The notes under the pieces: model-generated
What the model saw: only the letters and a program-made list of their open reading frames with translations
What the model was told of the DNA's origin: nothing
The model's database searches: none
DNA from: Eledone cirrhosa
Lineage: Eukaryota
Direction: 5' to 3'
Assembly: GCA_964016885.1 (NCBI GenBank)
Contig: OZ024741.1
Coordinates: forward strand, 230,826,001-230,890,000
Length of the DNA: 64,000 nt
Made by a program: the position numbers and the translations under genes
Shown here: in pieces, positions 13,401-27,052 of the stretch
How the letters are laid out: each line of letters begins with the position of its first letter
Numbering within the stretch: the first letter of the stretch is position 1

Positions 13401-16173
13401 AGTTCTCTGCAGAATAGCCTATCGAGATACGATCTGGATGACCCGATAGGGTTAATCCATGTCCACATTGGCACATTCGGATAATCTACTCTATACCTCT
13501 CAGACAGTTCAAAACGTCTGAGCAGGTTGGTAAGGCTCTTGCATCTTTCTCCACTATTCACTAGCCCCACACAATCCCAGCGTGCATCCAAGATACCGTT
13601 CCAGTCGCCCACTAAAACGAAAGAGCGGGACGTTCCCAGAAAGGTCTCTAGACGTCTAAAGTAATGTGGCCGTTCCTCCCCAGTTGGAGCGTAGACGGCT
13701 ACTAGCCTGACAGCATTGCCTTCGCTGTCGGTCACGTCCAGTACCAGCGACTTACCTTCTGGGTCAAGGAAGGAAGCCAGTATGGCGAGATCCAAGCCTC
13801 TCCGAAAAAGGACGGCAAGCCCTCTTCCCGATCCTGGACGGCTGGGAGATGCGTATACATGTAGCCGCCGAAGATCGGTGATGTGGCTCGTGCTTCGGAG
13901 ATTCTGGTCTCGCTGATGGCCACCACATCTATGTTTAGTGACCTGAGGTGGTTGAGCAGGTGACCCTGCTTCCAAGATGACCCCCTGGCCACGTGCATTT
14001 ATACTGCCTCTTATAAGTACGGCCATGTTGGATGAGAAACGGGGCAAGTGAGAAAGGGTCACTTACCTTGATCGTGTGGTGAAGGGACAGCAGAACCATC
14101 CCTTTGACTGATCATGTGTGTTTCTAAGAGGATGTCAGTGTATATCCTCTTGGTAACTGACCCTCTGAAGTCTCCAATTGCGTTGAGGAATTTTTGTTTT
14201 AAAAGTTTGTACTGTTCTATTTTGATATCGATGTTGCTTATGCTTGACGGGTGAGTTGTTGGTGTTGGTGGGGTGTAGTAGGTTTTTTTTCTGTGATGTC
14301 TATGTGCTGCTTTATATATTGTATGTGTTCTTTATGTAATGTTTGTGGCTGTGTACTTTTTTTTTTGGGGGGGGGGGTTGATCTTGTTGCTGTTTGGTGT
14401 GTGTGTTTTGTTTTATTTGCCTTGTTGGTGTTTTTGGTGATGTTGGTGGTGGTGTGGTGTGGTTGTTGTTGGCGGTGGTGCTTGTGGTGGTGTTGCTGCA
14501 AATCTCCTTGCAGTCTTTACCGTGCTTTGTGTGCCTTCGCTTTTGGGGGGTGAAGCAAAAGGGTTTTTTTTCGTCTCAGACACCGTGTCGGATTCCGTGC
14601 CGTCTGGGAGAGGTATGCGCTCCACGGCTGTTGGTGGTGGTAGTGGAGCCCTCTTCGGCAATTTTGTTGCTGGTGCAGCTACTGCAAGTGTAGCTACTGG
14701 TGTTGTCGCCACTGATACTGCTGCTTTAGTTGTTCGTGGCCTTGATACGGGTGCCACGGACGTTTCCCTCCTACTCACCGTGGAAGGGGCTTCTGCGTTT
14801 GTTGCCGTCTTCCTTCTACGCTTATAGGGAGTTGGAGTCCTTCCTCGATGTCTATGATATCGGGGATAGCATCGATACATTCCTGGTCCGTTTGTATAAG
14901 CATTTGCATGCCTATACCTGACCAGTTCTCTCTCCCTATTTTCTGTACTTGCAGCATGGTCGTCCTGTCCTCGATTCCAGCAAGGACAGACGCGGCCAGC
15001 CAAGGTATGGGCACGTCGGTGGGACCTGGGTCACTTTGACCCTCACAATTTTCTGCCCGCAGTAGGAGGACACCAATACTCTCTCCTCACTCTTTAGGGT
15101 TTCCAAAGAGTGAGACTTCGCTTCTTGGGGGGTAGCGAAATGTACGTCTACTGTGGCGTACTTTATGCCTCGGGTGATTTGGGTTTTGCATGCCCAGACG
15201 CACCCCAATCCTTTTGGGATTTGAGTCTCCGTGGATCTCTCTCCACCCGATGTGACATTTTACTGACGATGCGGTAAGTCACCGTCCGTAGCTGCTGGTC
15301 CATGAAAAAATCGGGTGGAGGTTTCAAGGAGACTCTATTGGCGCTTCTTGTCACCATGGCCATTGCGACTGCCATCTCCTCCTCTGTGACTAAAACTGTG
15401 TCTATATTTCGGGCCACCCCTGCGAAAGAATTGGCCCCTTTTTCAGCGCCACCACTATTGCTGCCGCTACTGGTCCTGCTGGTGGTGCTGAGATCGCTAT
15501 TACAGGTATCGATGTCATTGTTGTTGTTTTCGTTGATACTGTTGTTGTTGTTACTGTTATTGTGGCTGTTGTTATTATTGTTGTATTTGATGATACTGTT
15601 CCTACTATTATTGTTGTTGTCGCTGTTGTTATTGCATTGTTATTGTCGTTCTCTACCTTACCGCTGTTATTTTTGTTATTGTCGTTCTCGACCTGACCGC
15701 TGTTATTTTTGTTGTTGCTGTTGTTATTGATGGTCTTGGTGTTGTTGTTGATGTTATTGTTGTTGTTGTTTGTGTTTGAAATATTTGGTAATTTTAAATC
15801 TGTAACAATATAATTAAAAATGCTATTGTTCCTCTTTTCCTTCGTAATATTTTCTTTTAAATTTACCTTCACTAGAGCGCTGTCTTGTTGATATACTGAC
15901 AAAGTCTCCCTCTCTCTGTGATGTCTGAGAGTGCTCTCTCTCTTTCTTGTGTTATCCATGTTGAAAGAAATTTGTTTTCAAATAATATGTTTACACAATA
16001 CGACACCCTGTAAAGGAGTGCCGTCTTATTTACGAGTGAACCCCTGTATTAGGTGGGTCACTTCTAAACTTTTATCAAGTTTAAAACTTGAATAAAAGGT
16101 TTAGAACGGTTGAAAACGAGGTAAACTGTTGAAAAAAAACTGGAGGCGATAAAGAAGCGTGGCTTCACCTTCA

Positions 16174-16174
<1 letters not shown>
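10416..16174 (-). mobile_element. L1/Tx1-clade LINE copy C (near full length, decayed)
   Basis: ORF1 from ATG 15959 (N/T-rich, zinc knuckle deleted at ~14805). ORF2 from ATG 14026 with APE (13208-14026) and RT (12074-12826). 3' UTR has AATAAA, and (AAT)n lies at both ends. Confidence 0.9.

Positions 16175-16234
<60 letters not shown>
16175..16234. repeat. (AAT)n microsatellite
   Basis: Perfect run between the 5' end of copy C and the 3' end of copy D. Confidence 0.95.
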
Positions 16235-16237
<3 letters not shown>

Positions 16238-16863
16238 TTTCTTTATTAACCACAAGGGTTTACATAAAGTAGACATTAAGGACAGTGCAGGACAATGCAG
16301 GACGGTACAAATGGGCATTTCTGCGTGTAAAAAACAAAAACAGAGGATGTAACAAAAATAACAATGAAAATAACAATGAAAAATTCCCCAATAGGGGGGA
16401 GACTTCGGAGGGACATTTGTGGTGAAAGCCCAGTAAAAAGCCACAATGACCCTGACCACCAAGGCAAGTGCCCTCTCCCAGTTTTCCACCTTTAATTTAC
16501 AGATATATACTCAGAGTAGGCCCATTCACTCGGGCCATTCTTGCTTCTCTCACCCATCTTTCAACAAAATGCTGGGAAGAGAGCACTTCCCTCTCTACTC
16601 TGATTTTCCTTTTCAAATGAAATTTGAAAAAGTCAATCAGAGCATCACCGAAGAGGTAAGTGCTCGTCTTCAGCCCTTTCAAACGTGTCCACCATACTAT
16701 CTCTTTCACCATGGCCACCAGGCAGATAAAAACTGCCTGCCCTTCCCGGCTAAAGGAGGAGGGCGGGGCAATCCTCACGATGGACTCAGCTGATAGCTGG
16801 ATCCGTCCTACACGTGACAGCAGGTGTTCGACATAAACCCACAAGTCAGCAATGCTCGGACAC
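16235..16863 (-). mobile_element. L1/Tx1-clade LINE copy D (3' fragment, B-like family)
   Basis: ORF2 C-terminus CPSIADLWVYVEHLL...GPTLSIYL* plus a 3' UTR closely similar to 6226-6800. Confidence 0.88.
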
Positions 16864-17036
16864 GGAGAGGGAAGGTCGTAGGGCCAGTACACATTTCTAG
16901 AAACGAGGAAGTCACCAAAAGATATAAATAGACTGATTTAGTGACCCAGTCAAACAGGTAACAACAACACCATAATAATTATTGTCGTTGTATCTCTAAA
17001 CTCTCTCAAAATGTTTAGTTTACACGATGTCAAAGA

Positions 17037-20000
17037 ATAATGGTTTCTTATTGGCCACAAACGATAACATTAAGAAAAACATTAGAGACGGCACAGGACG
17101 CTACAGAACGATAAAAAGTGGGATTTGGCCGTGTAAAAAAGGTATAACAAGATAGAAATATAAACAAATTAAAATTCCCCAAAAGGGGGAAACATCCTGG
17201 GGTCACTCGTGGCGAAAACCACACAAAAGAGCACGGTCACCCTGACCACCAGGGCCAGCGCTCTCTCTCACTTTTCCCACTCCTCAATCTACAGGCGTAT
17301 ACTCAGAGCGGGCCCGTTCACTCGGACCAGACTGACTATTTTCACCCACCTTTCAACAAACTTACTAGTAGACAGGACTTGCTTCTCCACCCTGGTGTTC
17401 CTCTTCAAATGAAAAAGTTAATCAGGGATTCGCCGAAAAGAAAAGTGTCTGTCTTTAACCCTTTCAATCTTGTCCACCACACAATCTCTTTCGCCATGGC
17501 CAGCAGGCAAATGAAAACTGCCTGCCCTTCGTCCTCTTTAAAGGAGGATGGCGGGGCTATCTGCACAATGGACTCAGTCGATAACCGTATCCGTTCTACA
17601 CGCAACAGCAGCTGTTCTACATAGCTCCACAAGTCAGCAATCCTCGGGCACTGAACGAGTGCTTGTGGGATGGTTTCGTTACCCTGCGCGCATCTCGGAC
17701 AGGCTCGGCTGGCAGCACCTCCGTGCCTGTAGAGCTTATCCCGAACCGGTAACGCTCCCAGGTAGCACTGCCAGGCCAGGGATTTCTGGAAATTGTCCCT
17801 ATGCCCCGGGCTGAAAGTTCTCTTGAAGAGAGCGTACAGCTTATCGTCTTCGACGACCAGGGTCTCCCCGAGAACGCCGTCGCTCTTTCCCTCCACAAGC
17901 CCTCTATAGAATGACGAGGTGGATGTTCCACCGATTCTACTGGCCAGCTGGTAAAGACCATGAGAGCTTGGAGTCATTACAGCTTCCAAACGCCCTACCT
18001 CGGTCATTTCCTGATTCAGGACTGCAGCTCCGTCAAGGAGACGAGTTGGGAGAAAGCGCGTCTAGCAAACGGCGACCCCACCTGTTCACCATAAAGGAAG
18101 CACCAGAGATGTCACAACCTCAGTGCATGTTTGCGCATCATCAACCACAGCATGCCTAGTCCTCCACGCAACGGGTGTTGACAGCAAATGGATCGTCTGA
18201 CCATGGGAGCACGTCCCTTCCACAAAAAGCCGAAGAGAAGGCGCTCCACTTTGGTCAGTGATGGGCGAGGGCAAGATACGTCGGTCAGGCGATAGCAGAT
18301 GATGGACGCTATTTACGCCTTTGCCACCTCCGCCCGACCTTTCAGAGACAGCCTCCTCTCGGCCCATTTCTGGGTAAGAGGGGCCACACTGCTCGTTACC
18401 TCGCTCCAGTTTTTCTCCATCTGGAGATGCGGTCCGAACCAAACCCCGAGCAATTTAATCGGTTCTTCCGTCCCGCGCCCCACGAGGCTGTCGCACGGCA
18501 TGGACTTGCCTCTCCAGGAGCTGAGTTGCAAGCCCACCGACTTTTCCTAGTTTATCTTTGCTCCTGTCACCGCTTCGTATTCCTAGAGAGCGGTGCCGAG
18601 TATCTGGACCTGTTTGGTGCTCGACACCACCGCGGTGACGTCGTCGGCGTAAGCTGACATGGAGCTCCCGCATCCCATTTTACGTGGTATCCTCCTCATC
18701 GTCTCCAATTCGTGAATTAACGGCTCTAAGGCCAGTACATACAAGAGGGACGAGAGGGGGAAACTCTGACCGACCAAGCACCTGATGCTGAATGGTTGCG
18801 ACAAGTGACCATTCACCCTCACAATCGAGCAGATGTCGCTGTGCATCGCAGCGATCCAGCCCCTAAAACGGGCCCGAAGCCGGCCGCCTTGAGGACCGCC
18901 ACAGGTACCGATGGTCGACCCTATCAAATGCTTTAGATTGATCCAAGTTGATCAGGGCCCAACGCGTGCCAGATTCCTTAACTACCCTCTCTATGATGTA
19001 TCGCGTTTGATTGAGGTTGTCGTGGATTGATCTGTCCGGAATTGCGTATGTTTGCGCCTCTCCCACCAGATCACAGACGACAAGTGCCAATCTCTTTCAT
19101 AACACCTTGGCCGAAATCTTAAACTATGCGTTTAGCAGAGTTATGGGCCTGAAGTTGTCTATAACATCCCTCTTGTTCGGGTCTTTTCTCAGCAGCTCAA
19201 TCACTCCCCGGCTCACAAAACTGGAATGCCCCTGTTTTGCTGCCAGTTGCAGTAGACATCTGACACGAGGTCGCCGAACAAGTCTGGCATATACGCATAA
19301 AGCTTGTAGGGCAGACCATCCAAACCTGGCGATTTATTGCTGGTGCATTCAGACATCGTTTATCGTATTTCATTGGCTGTTATCGGCCTTTCGCAGCACT
19401 GCGCTGTGGTCGACGTGAGCCGCAGCAGTCCGTCGAGGTATGCACCGAAGTCCATACTGCGATCCGGCTCGCCGCTCCTGAACAATCGATAAAAGTGCTG
19501 TTGAAAAGCCGTATAAATCTGCTCGGGTTCGAGCAACATGTGCCGGTTTTGATCGGGCCCATTGAACGGCTTTCGTCCCCTCGTCTCTTACTGCACGCGG
19601 TCTAGCTCTGACAACGCAGCCTTCAGGTTTTGCGTTGAAGAATTGATCGAGTGCCAATCTCGCCGCAAGCACGTCGGTTGCGATGCCTGTCCTAAACGCC
19701 TCTTCTAGCTTTCTAACTAAACCTTATCGATTCTACTCTAATAGCCCTTCAGGGTAAACCACCACCTGTTATTGACGATCGGACCCGTCAACGTACGCTT
19801 AACTGATCCGCTTTGCGCGTTGGGAACGACGTGTTCAGCTTCCAGTAGCCGGGCCCTTGCCTATGGAGTCTATCTAAGTCAACTTCACAGATCACGAATT
19901 TGTGGTCCGTGTAATCGACTACTTTAAATTGTGGACACTTTACACTAGCCTCATCTGTTTCCCTACAGAATACCATATCTAAATACGATCTGGATAACAC

Positions 20001-22780
20001 GATGCAGTTTGCCCATGTCCACATTAGCACATTCGGATAGTCCAGTCTATACCTGTCTGACAGTTCAAAACGTCTGAGCAGGTTGTTGAGCTTTTATACA
20101 TTCCTGTCCTGTCTACTATCCCCACATAATCCCAGCGTGCATCTAAGATAGGCTTCCAGTCGCCCACTAACACGAAAGAGCGGGACGTTCCAAGAAATGT
20201 CCATAGACGTCTTAAGAAATCTGGCCGTCCTACCGCTGTTGGGGCGTAGACGGCTACTAGCCTGAAAGCATTGCCTTTTCTGCCGGTCACGTCCAGCACC
20301 ACCGACTTACCTTCTGGGTCCAGGAAGATGGCCCGTATGGTAAGATCCAAGCCTCTCCGAAAAAGCACTTCCAGCCTTCCCCAGATCCTGAACTGCTGGG
20401 AGATACGTATATACCGTAGCCGCTGAAGATCAGTGCGAAGGTTCGTGCTTCGGAGATTCTGGTCTCGCTGATGGCCACCAAATCTATGTTTAGTGACCTG
20501 AGGTCGTTGAGCAGGTGACCCTGCTTCCAAGATGACGCCAGGCCACGTACATTTATACTGCCTATTCTACGAATGGCAATGTTGGATGAGAAACGGGGCA
20601 AGTGAGAAAGGGTCACTTACCTTGATCGTGTGGTGAAGGGACAGTAGAACCGTCTCTTTTGCCGGTCATGGGTGTTCCCAAGAGGATGTCAGTGTATATC
20701 CTCTTGGTAACCGATCCTCTGAAGTCTCCAACTGCTTTGGGGAATTTTTGTTTTAAAAGTTTGTTCCGTTCTACTTTGATTTCAATGATATTTATGTTTG
20801 TGGGGGGAGTTCTCGGTGTTGGTGGGGTGTAGTAGTTTTTTTCTGTGATGTCTGTGTACTGCTTAATACGTTGTATGAATTCTTTCTTTGCCATGTTTAT
20901 GGCTGTGTACTTTTTTGGGGAAGTGTGATTTTGTTGCTGTTTTCTTGTTGCTGCTGTTGGGTGTGTGTATTTTGTTGTGTTTGCGATGTTGGTGTTTTTG
21001 GTGATGCTGCTGTCGGTGTGGTTGTTGTTGGCGGTGGTGCTTGTGGTGGTGTTGCTGCAAGTCTCCTTGCAGCCTTTACCCTTCTTTGTGTACCTTCGCT
21101 TTTGGAGGGCGAAGCTAAGGGTTTTTTTGTTTTTTTTTGTGTCAGACCGTTTGCCACTTCCCTCCCGCCTCAGACTCCATGTCTGATTCCGTGGCGTCTG
21201 GGAGAGGTATGTGCTCCACGGCTGTTGGTTGTGCTAGTGGAGCCCACTCCGGCTATTTTGCCCTCGGTGAGGCTACTGCGACTGTTGGTGTTGCCGCCAT
21301 TGCTGCCGCTGCTTTAGTTGCTGTGGGCTTAGTATGGGTGCCACGGATGTTGTGCCATCCTACTCACTATGGAAGGGTCTTCTGCCTTTCTTGCCTGCCC
21401 TGCTCTTAGTGGTAGCGGATCAGGTGTAGGAAGGAGAGGGGCCCTCATCTTGGCTGTCTCTTGCGGGCAGAAGGCCCTGAGGTGACGCTTCTGCCCATAG
21501 AGATAGCACTTTGGGCGCCTTTCTTCCACGCTTATAGGGAGTTGGAGCCCTTCTTCAAGGTCTATGATGTCTGGGATGGCCTCGATGCACTCATGGTCAT
21601 TCTGTATTAGCATTTTCATGCCTATTCCTGACCAGTTCTCTCTTCCCATTCTCTGTATTTGCAGTATGGTGGTCTTCTCGATTCCAGCCAGTACGGATGC
21701 GGCCAGCCAAGGTATGGCCGTCACTTTGACCAACACAATTTTCTGCGCGCAGTAGGAGGGCACCAAGACTCTCCTCACTCTCTGGGGTTTCCAAAGAGTG
21801 AGACTTCTCCTCTTGGCGGGGGGGGGGGGATGAATTACGTCTACTGTGGCGTAATTTTACCTCGGGTGATGGGGATTTTGCGCGCCCGGACTCACCCCAA
21901 TCCTTTTGGATTTGAGCCTCCGTGGCTCCCTCCACCCGATGTGACATTTTGCTTATGGTGCGGTAAGTCACCGTGCACAGCTGCTCGTCTTTGAAGAAAA
22001 CGAGTGGAGGTTTCTGGGAAACTCTATTGTCGTTTCTCGACACCATGGCTCTTGCGACTGCCATCTCCTCCTCCGTGATTAGCACTGTCTCTATATTTCG
22101 GGCCACATTTGCGAAAGAAGTGGCCCCTTTTTCAGTAACACCATGATTGCTGCTGTTGTTGCTGCTACTGGTCTTGTTGCTGTTGCTGCTGCTACTAATA
22201 CAAATGGTGTTTTGGTGTTGTTGCTGTTATCACTGTTGTAGTTGGTTGTGTTTTTGGTGCCACCGTTGTTGTTGTTTTCAGTGCAATTTGTATTGTTGCT
22301 GTTGGTGTTCTCGTTGTTTATTTTCTTGTTAGTGGTGTTAATAGCGTTGTTGCATTTGTTGTCATTTTTTTCTGTTGTCTGTATTTTGGTTGGCGCTGTT
22401 ATTGCTGTAGTTGGTGTGGTAATGTTTTCAAAATTAGTGTTCTCAGTGTTGTTGTCTTCGTTCACCTTGTTTCTGGTGGTGTCTGTTGTATGAATTTCTC
22501 TAACCCTCCTCTCAACATTTACGCCGTTGTCACAAGACAGTAGACATATTACTGGGGTGTGTGGCTCAGCCATGTTTATTTTAAATATATATATATTTAA
22601 AAAAAAATTAAGATGTTGAAATATTTGAGCCAAAAGGCCCAAATATTATACTTTCCACTTCACAGGACAAAGTCTAAGGGCTTATATCCCTTACACAATA
22701 AGAAATATTTAACAACAAATAATTTAAACAGGTAAATAAAGCGACTTACTGGGAGCGAGCAAAAGGCGTCCGATTACACC
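17037..22780 (-). mobile_element. L1/Tx1-clade LINE copy E (near full length, C-like family, decayed)
   Basis: ORF1 from ATG 22573. The ORF2 start is mutated to ATT (~20580). APE, RT (DQSKAFDRVDH, AYADD) and C-terminal CPRC motifs are present. The inter-ORF sequence is nearly identical to copy C, and the 5' end abuts AATAATAAT. Confidence 0.9.
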
Positions 22781-22794
22781 AATAATAATTATTA

Positions 22795-22855
22795 TTATTT
22801 CTACTTTTGTCACAAGGCCAGCAATTATCCCAGTGTATTACTGGTACTTTATTTA
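22795..22855 (-). mobile_element. 3' fragment of the tRNA-derived SINE
   Basis: tttctacttttgtcacaaggccagcaattatcccagtgtattactggtactttattt matches 10215-10270. Confidence 0.75.
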
Positions 22856-22871
22856 ATAATAATAATAATAA

Positions 22872-24091
22872 TGATTTCTTTATTGGCCACAAGGGCTGAC
22901 ATCAAGAAAAACATTATAGGCGGTACAGGACGATACGATGTGGGTTTTGTGCGTATAAAGATTTTTATTATTTATATAAGAAAAGAAAAAGAAAAAATAC
23001 ATAGAAACATGTATATATATAAACAATAAAAATGAAAATTCAAACAATGAAAAAGTCCCCAATAGGGGGGAAACCTCCTGGGGTTACTCGTGGCGAAAAA
23101 CACACAAAAGACCACGGCCACCCTGACCACCAGGGCAAGCGCCCTCTCTCAATTTTTTCCCTATTCCTCAAACTACAAGCGTATAATGAGAGCGGTCCCG
23201 TTCACTCGGACTATTCTCGCTACATTCACCCACATTTCAACAAACTTGCTAGAAGACATCAATTGCCTCTCCATCCTGAATTTCCTCTTCAAGCGAAACT
23301 TGAAAGAGTTAATCAGGGATTCGCCGAAGAGGAAAGTGTTTGCCTTTACTCCTTTCAACCTTGTCCACCACACAATCTCTTTCACCATGGGCACCAGGCA
23401 GATGAAAACGCCTGCCCTTCCCCGTCGAAGGAAGACGGCGAGACCATCTGCACAATGGACTCAGTCAATATCTGGATCGGTCCTACACGCGACAGCAACT
23501 GTTCGACATAGCTCCACAATTCAGCAATGATCGGGCAGTGAACGATTGCGTGCACGACGTTTCGTCGCATCTCGGACAGGCTCGGCCGACGGCACTTCCG
23601 TGCCTGTAGAGCTTATCTCGAACCGGCTAAGCTCCCCGGAAGCACTGCCGAGGTGGATGTCAACCGATACTGGTGCCCTGCTGGCATAGAACAGTGAGCG
23701 CCTGGAGACATTCCAGTTTCCAAGCACCCAACCTCGGTCTTTTCCTGACCCAGGACTGCATTTCCGTCAAGGAGACGAGCTGTGGGAAAACGTGCCTGGC
23801 GAACAGCGACTAAATTGTTAACCGTCAAGGAAGCACCAGAGATGTCGCAGCCTCAGCGCATGTTTGCGCATAATGAGCCATGACATGCCCAGTCCTCCAC
23901 GCAACGGGTGTTGATAGCAGATGGATCGTTTGCCCACGGGAGCGCGTACCTTTCATAAAAAGCGGAAGAGGAGGGTCTCCATTTTGGTGAGAGTTGGGCC
24001 GGGGCAAGGGACGACGGTGAGGCGGTAGCAGATCACGGATGCGATGTACGCATTCCCCACCTCAGCCTGGCCTTTCATCCTCTCGGCCCAT
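22872..24091 (-). mobile_element. L1/Tx1-clade LINE copy F (5'-truncated, internal deletions)
   Basis: 3' part of ORF2 (KWAER...YRLTVVPCP...KEIVWWTRLKG...NGTALIIRL*) with a C-like 3' UTR and AAT repeats at both junctions. Confidence 0.88.
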
Positions 24092-24094
24092 TTA

Positions 24095-27050
24095 ATAATG
24101 CTTTCTTTATTAACCATAACGGCTTTCACAAAGTAAGACATTAAGGACAATACAGGACGGTACAAATCGGCATTTCTGCGTGTAAAAAAAACAGAGGATG
24201 TAACAAAAAGAAACAATGAAAAATTACCCAGTAGGGGGGGGGGGAGACTTCCGAGGGACATTCCTGGAGAAAGTCCATTAAAAAGAGCTCGGTGACCCTG
24301 ACCACCAGGGCAAGTGCCTTCTCAAAGTTTTCCACCTTCAATGTACAAGCACATACTCAGAGTAGGCCCATTCACTCAACCATCTTTCAACAAAATGCTG
24401 GGAAAAGAGCACTTACCTCTTTACCCTTATTTTCCTTTTCAAATGAAATTTGACAAACTTAATCAGGGCATCATCGAAGAGGTATATGCTCGTCTTAAGC
24501 CCTTTTAAACGCGTCCACCTTACTATCTCTTTCGCCATGGCACCCAGACAGATAAACACTGCCTTCACTTCTCGGCTAAAGGAAGAGGACGGGGCAATTT
24601 TCACGATGGACTCAGCTGATAGCCGGACCCGTCCTACACGCGACAGCAGGTGTTCGACATAAACCCACAAGTCAGCAATGCTCGGACACTGGACGAGTGC
24701 GTGCAGGACGGTTTCGTCGCCCTGCTTGCATTCCGGACTTACCCAGCTGATGGCATTTCCTTGCTTGTAGAGTTTATCTCAAACTGGCAAAGCTCCTCAG
24801 TAGCACTGTCATGGCAGGGATTTCTGGAAGTTGTCCATAGGCCCCGGCCCGAAAATTCTTCCGAAGAGATTGGCTAGTTAACATTGTCCGACTGGTCGAG
24901 GGCTGTGAGCGCCTGAAGACATTTCAGTCTCCAAACGCTCCCTCTCGGTCTTCGCTTAACCCAGGACTGCAGCTCCGTCAAGGACACGAGCTGTGGAAAG
25001 ACTCGTCTAGCAAACGGCGCCCACACCTGATCACCGTCGAGGAAGAGGTGGAGATGTCGTAGCCCAAGCACGTGTCTGCGCATCATCAGCCACGGCATGC
25101 CCAGCCCTCCACGTAGTGGGTGTTGACAGCAGATGCGACCGCCTGACTATTGGAGCGGGTCCCTTCCACAAAAAGAGAAAGCGCAAACGCTCCAGCGCAG
25201 TCAGGCAAGGCTTAGGTCAAGCCACGACGGTTAGGCGGTAGTAGATGACGGACGCGATGTACGCATTCGCCACCTCCACTCGACCTTTCAGGAATAGCTT
25301 CCTCTCTGCCCATTTCTGGGTGAGAGAAGCCACTCTGCTCGTCACTTCTTCCCAGTTTTTGTCCGTCTGGAAGTCCTGACCGAACCAGACCCCTAGCAAT
25401 TTAACCGCTCCGTCCGTCCAGCGCCCGACGACGCTGTTGGACGCCTTACTAAACCCAAAGGACTATATTCTAATCACTCTTTTCAATGCAAACCACCATT
25501 CTTGTCGATGGCCCTCGTCAACGCCCGCTTAAGTAATTCTCTAATCCGGTCACTGTAAGCTTTGCGCACCGTTAACGACGCCTTTAGCTTCCACTAAATT
25601 GGGTCCCTGTTTATGCAGCCGCACTAAGTCAACCACACAGATCACGAAGTTGTGCTCCGTGGAGTCAACTATCTTGAATTATGGACTGCATATGCTAGAT
25701 CTATCTATTTCCCTACAAAATACCCTATCTAGATATGATCTGGATGACCCGATGCGGTTTGTTCAAGTCCACATTTGCACATTCGGGAAATCAAACCGTT
25801 ACCTGTCAGACAGTCGAAAACGTCTGAGCAGGTTTGCTAGGATTTTACACTCTCCTCCCCTATCCGCTAATCCCACACAGTTCCAGCGTGCATATAAGAT
25901 CCCGTTCCAGTCACCCACTAATACTAAATAACGGGACGTTCCAAGAAAGGTCTCCAGACGCCGGAAGAAGTCAGGCCTACCTGCACTTGTTGGAGCATAC
26001 ACGGCCAATTTCCCGAAAACTTGCCCTTCTCCGCTGGTCACGTCCAACACAACCAACTTACCTTCTGGGATCGTTTCTTGAGATCCAGACAACACAGTCA
26101 ATACCCCCCTCCCTCGATACGGAATGGCTTGGAGATATGAACACCTCTTAGCCGCCGAAAATGGCTGCGAAAGCCCGTGATTCGGAGATTCTGATCTCAT
26201 TGATGGCCACCATATCTACATTTAGCTACGTAAGATCGTTGAGCAGGTGGCCCTGCTTCCATGACGACCCCAGGCCACATGCATTTATGCTACCTCTCTT
26301 CAGAGAAGCCATGTTGGCTAGTGTAGAAAGAAAACAAGTGAGAGGAGAAAAGTAAGAAGAAAAACAAAACTTTACCTGTGATTTTTTTTAGGAATGGTAT
26401 GGGTGATCCATCCCTCCGACCAGTGGCGGGTTTCTCGGCGCGATTTTATTCCAATTGCGCGATAACTAACCGAACACAAATGCTTGTGGGCGGGTGAGAC
26501 TTACCCCGTGTCCAGTCTTTTTAACCAAGATCGTGGCTTCCTTTATTTCCTCGTTGGCGATGTTTACCCGTTCGATATTTTTTGCCGCTTTAGTGAACGA
26601 TATGGTTGTGGTCTTCTGTACTGACTCATCGCTAATTTGCTTTTGTTGCTGTTGTTGTTGTTGTTGGCGGTGGTGGTGGTGGTGGTCATCGTCGTCGTGG
26701 TCTTGTTAGTATTTTTTTCTTCTTCTGTGTTGCTGCTGTTATAGTTGTTGCTACCTGGGTTCTTTATGGCTGTTGCTGCTGTTGTTATTATTGAGGTGGA
26801 GTTGGTATGGCCTGTTGATCCTTCGAATGATGGAAAATGTTGGTAGTAGCTTACATTGCGCTGCTACTGCTACTTTTTAAGTGGCTGTTGCAGCTGTTGT
26901 CACCACCACTGCTTCTGTCGCTGCTGCTGCTGCTGTTGTTGACACAGTCACTGCTACTGTGACTGTTGCTGTTTCTGTTGTTCTTGTTTCTGTCTTGTGA
27001 TTGGACGGAATCGGCTGTTCCACCCTCCGAACAATCCGCAGTTCCTCCCT
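24095..27050 (-). mobile_element. L1/Tx1-clade LINE copy G (RT deleted at ~25445, ORF1 partly deleted)
   Basis: B/D-like 3' UTR and ORF2 C-terminus, APE region 25500-26312 (GDWN, AVYAP), and low-complexity ORF1 pieces at 26380-27050. Confidence 0.85.
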
Positions 27051-27052
27051 GT

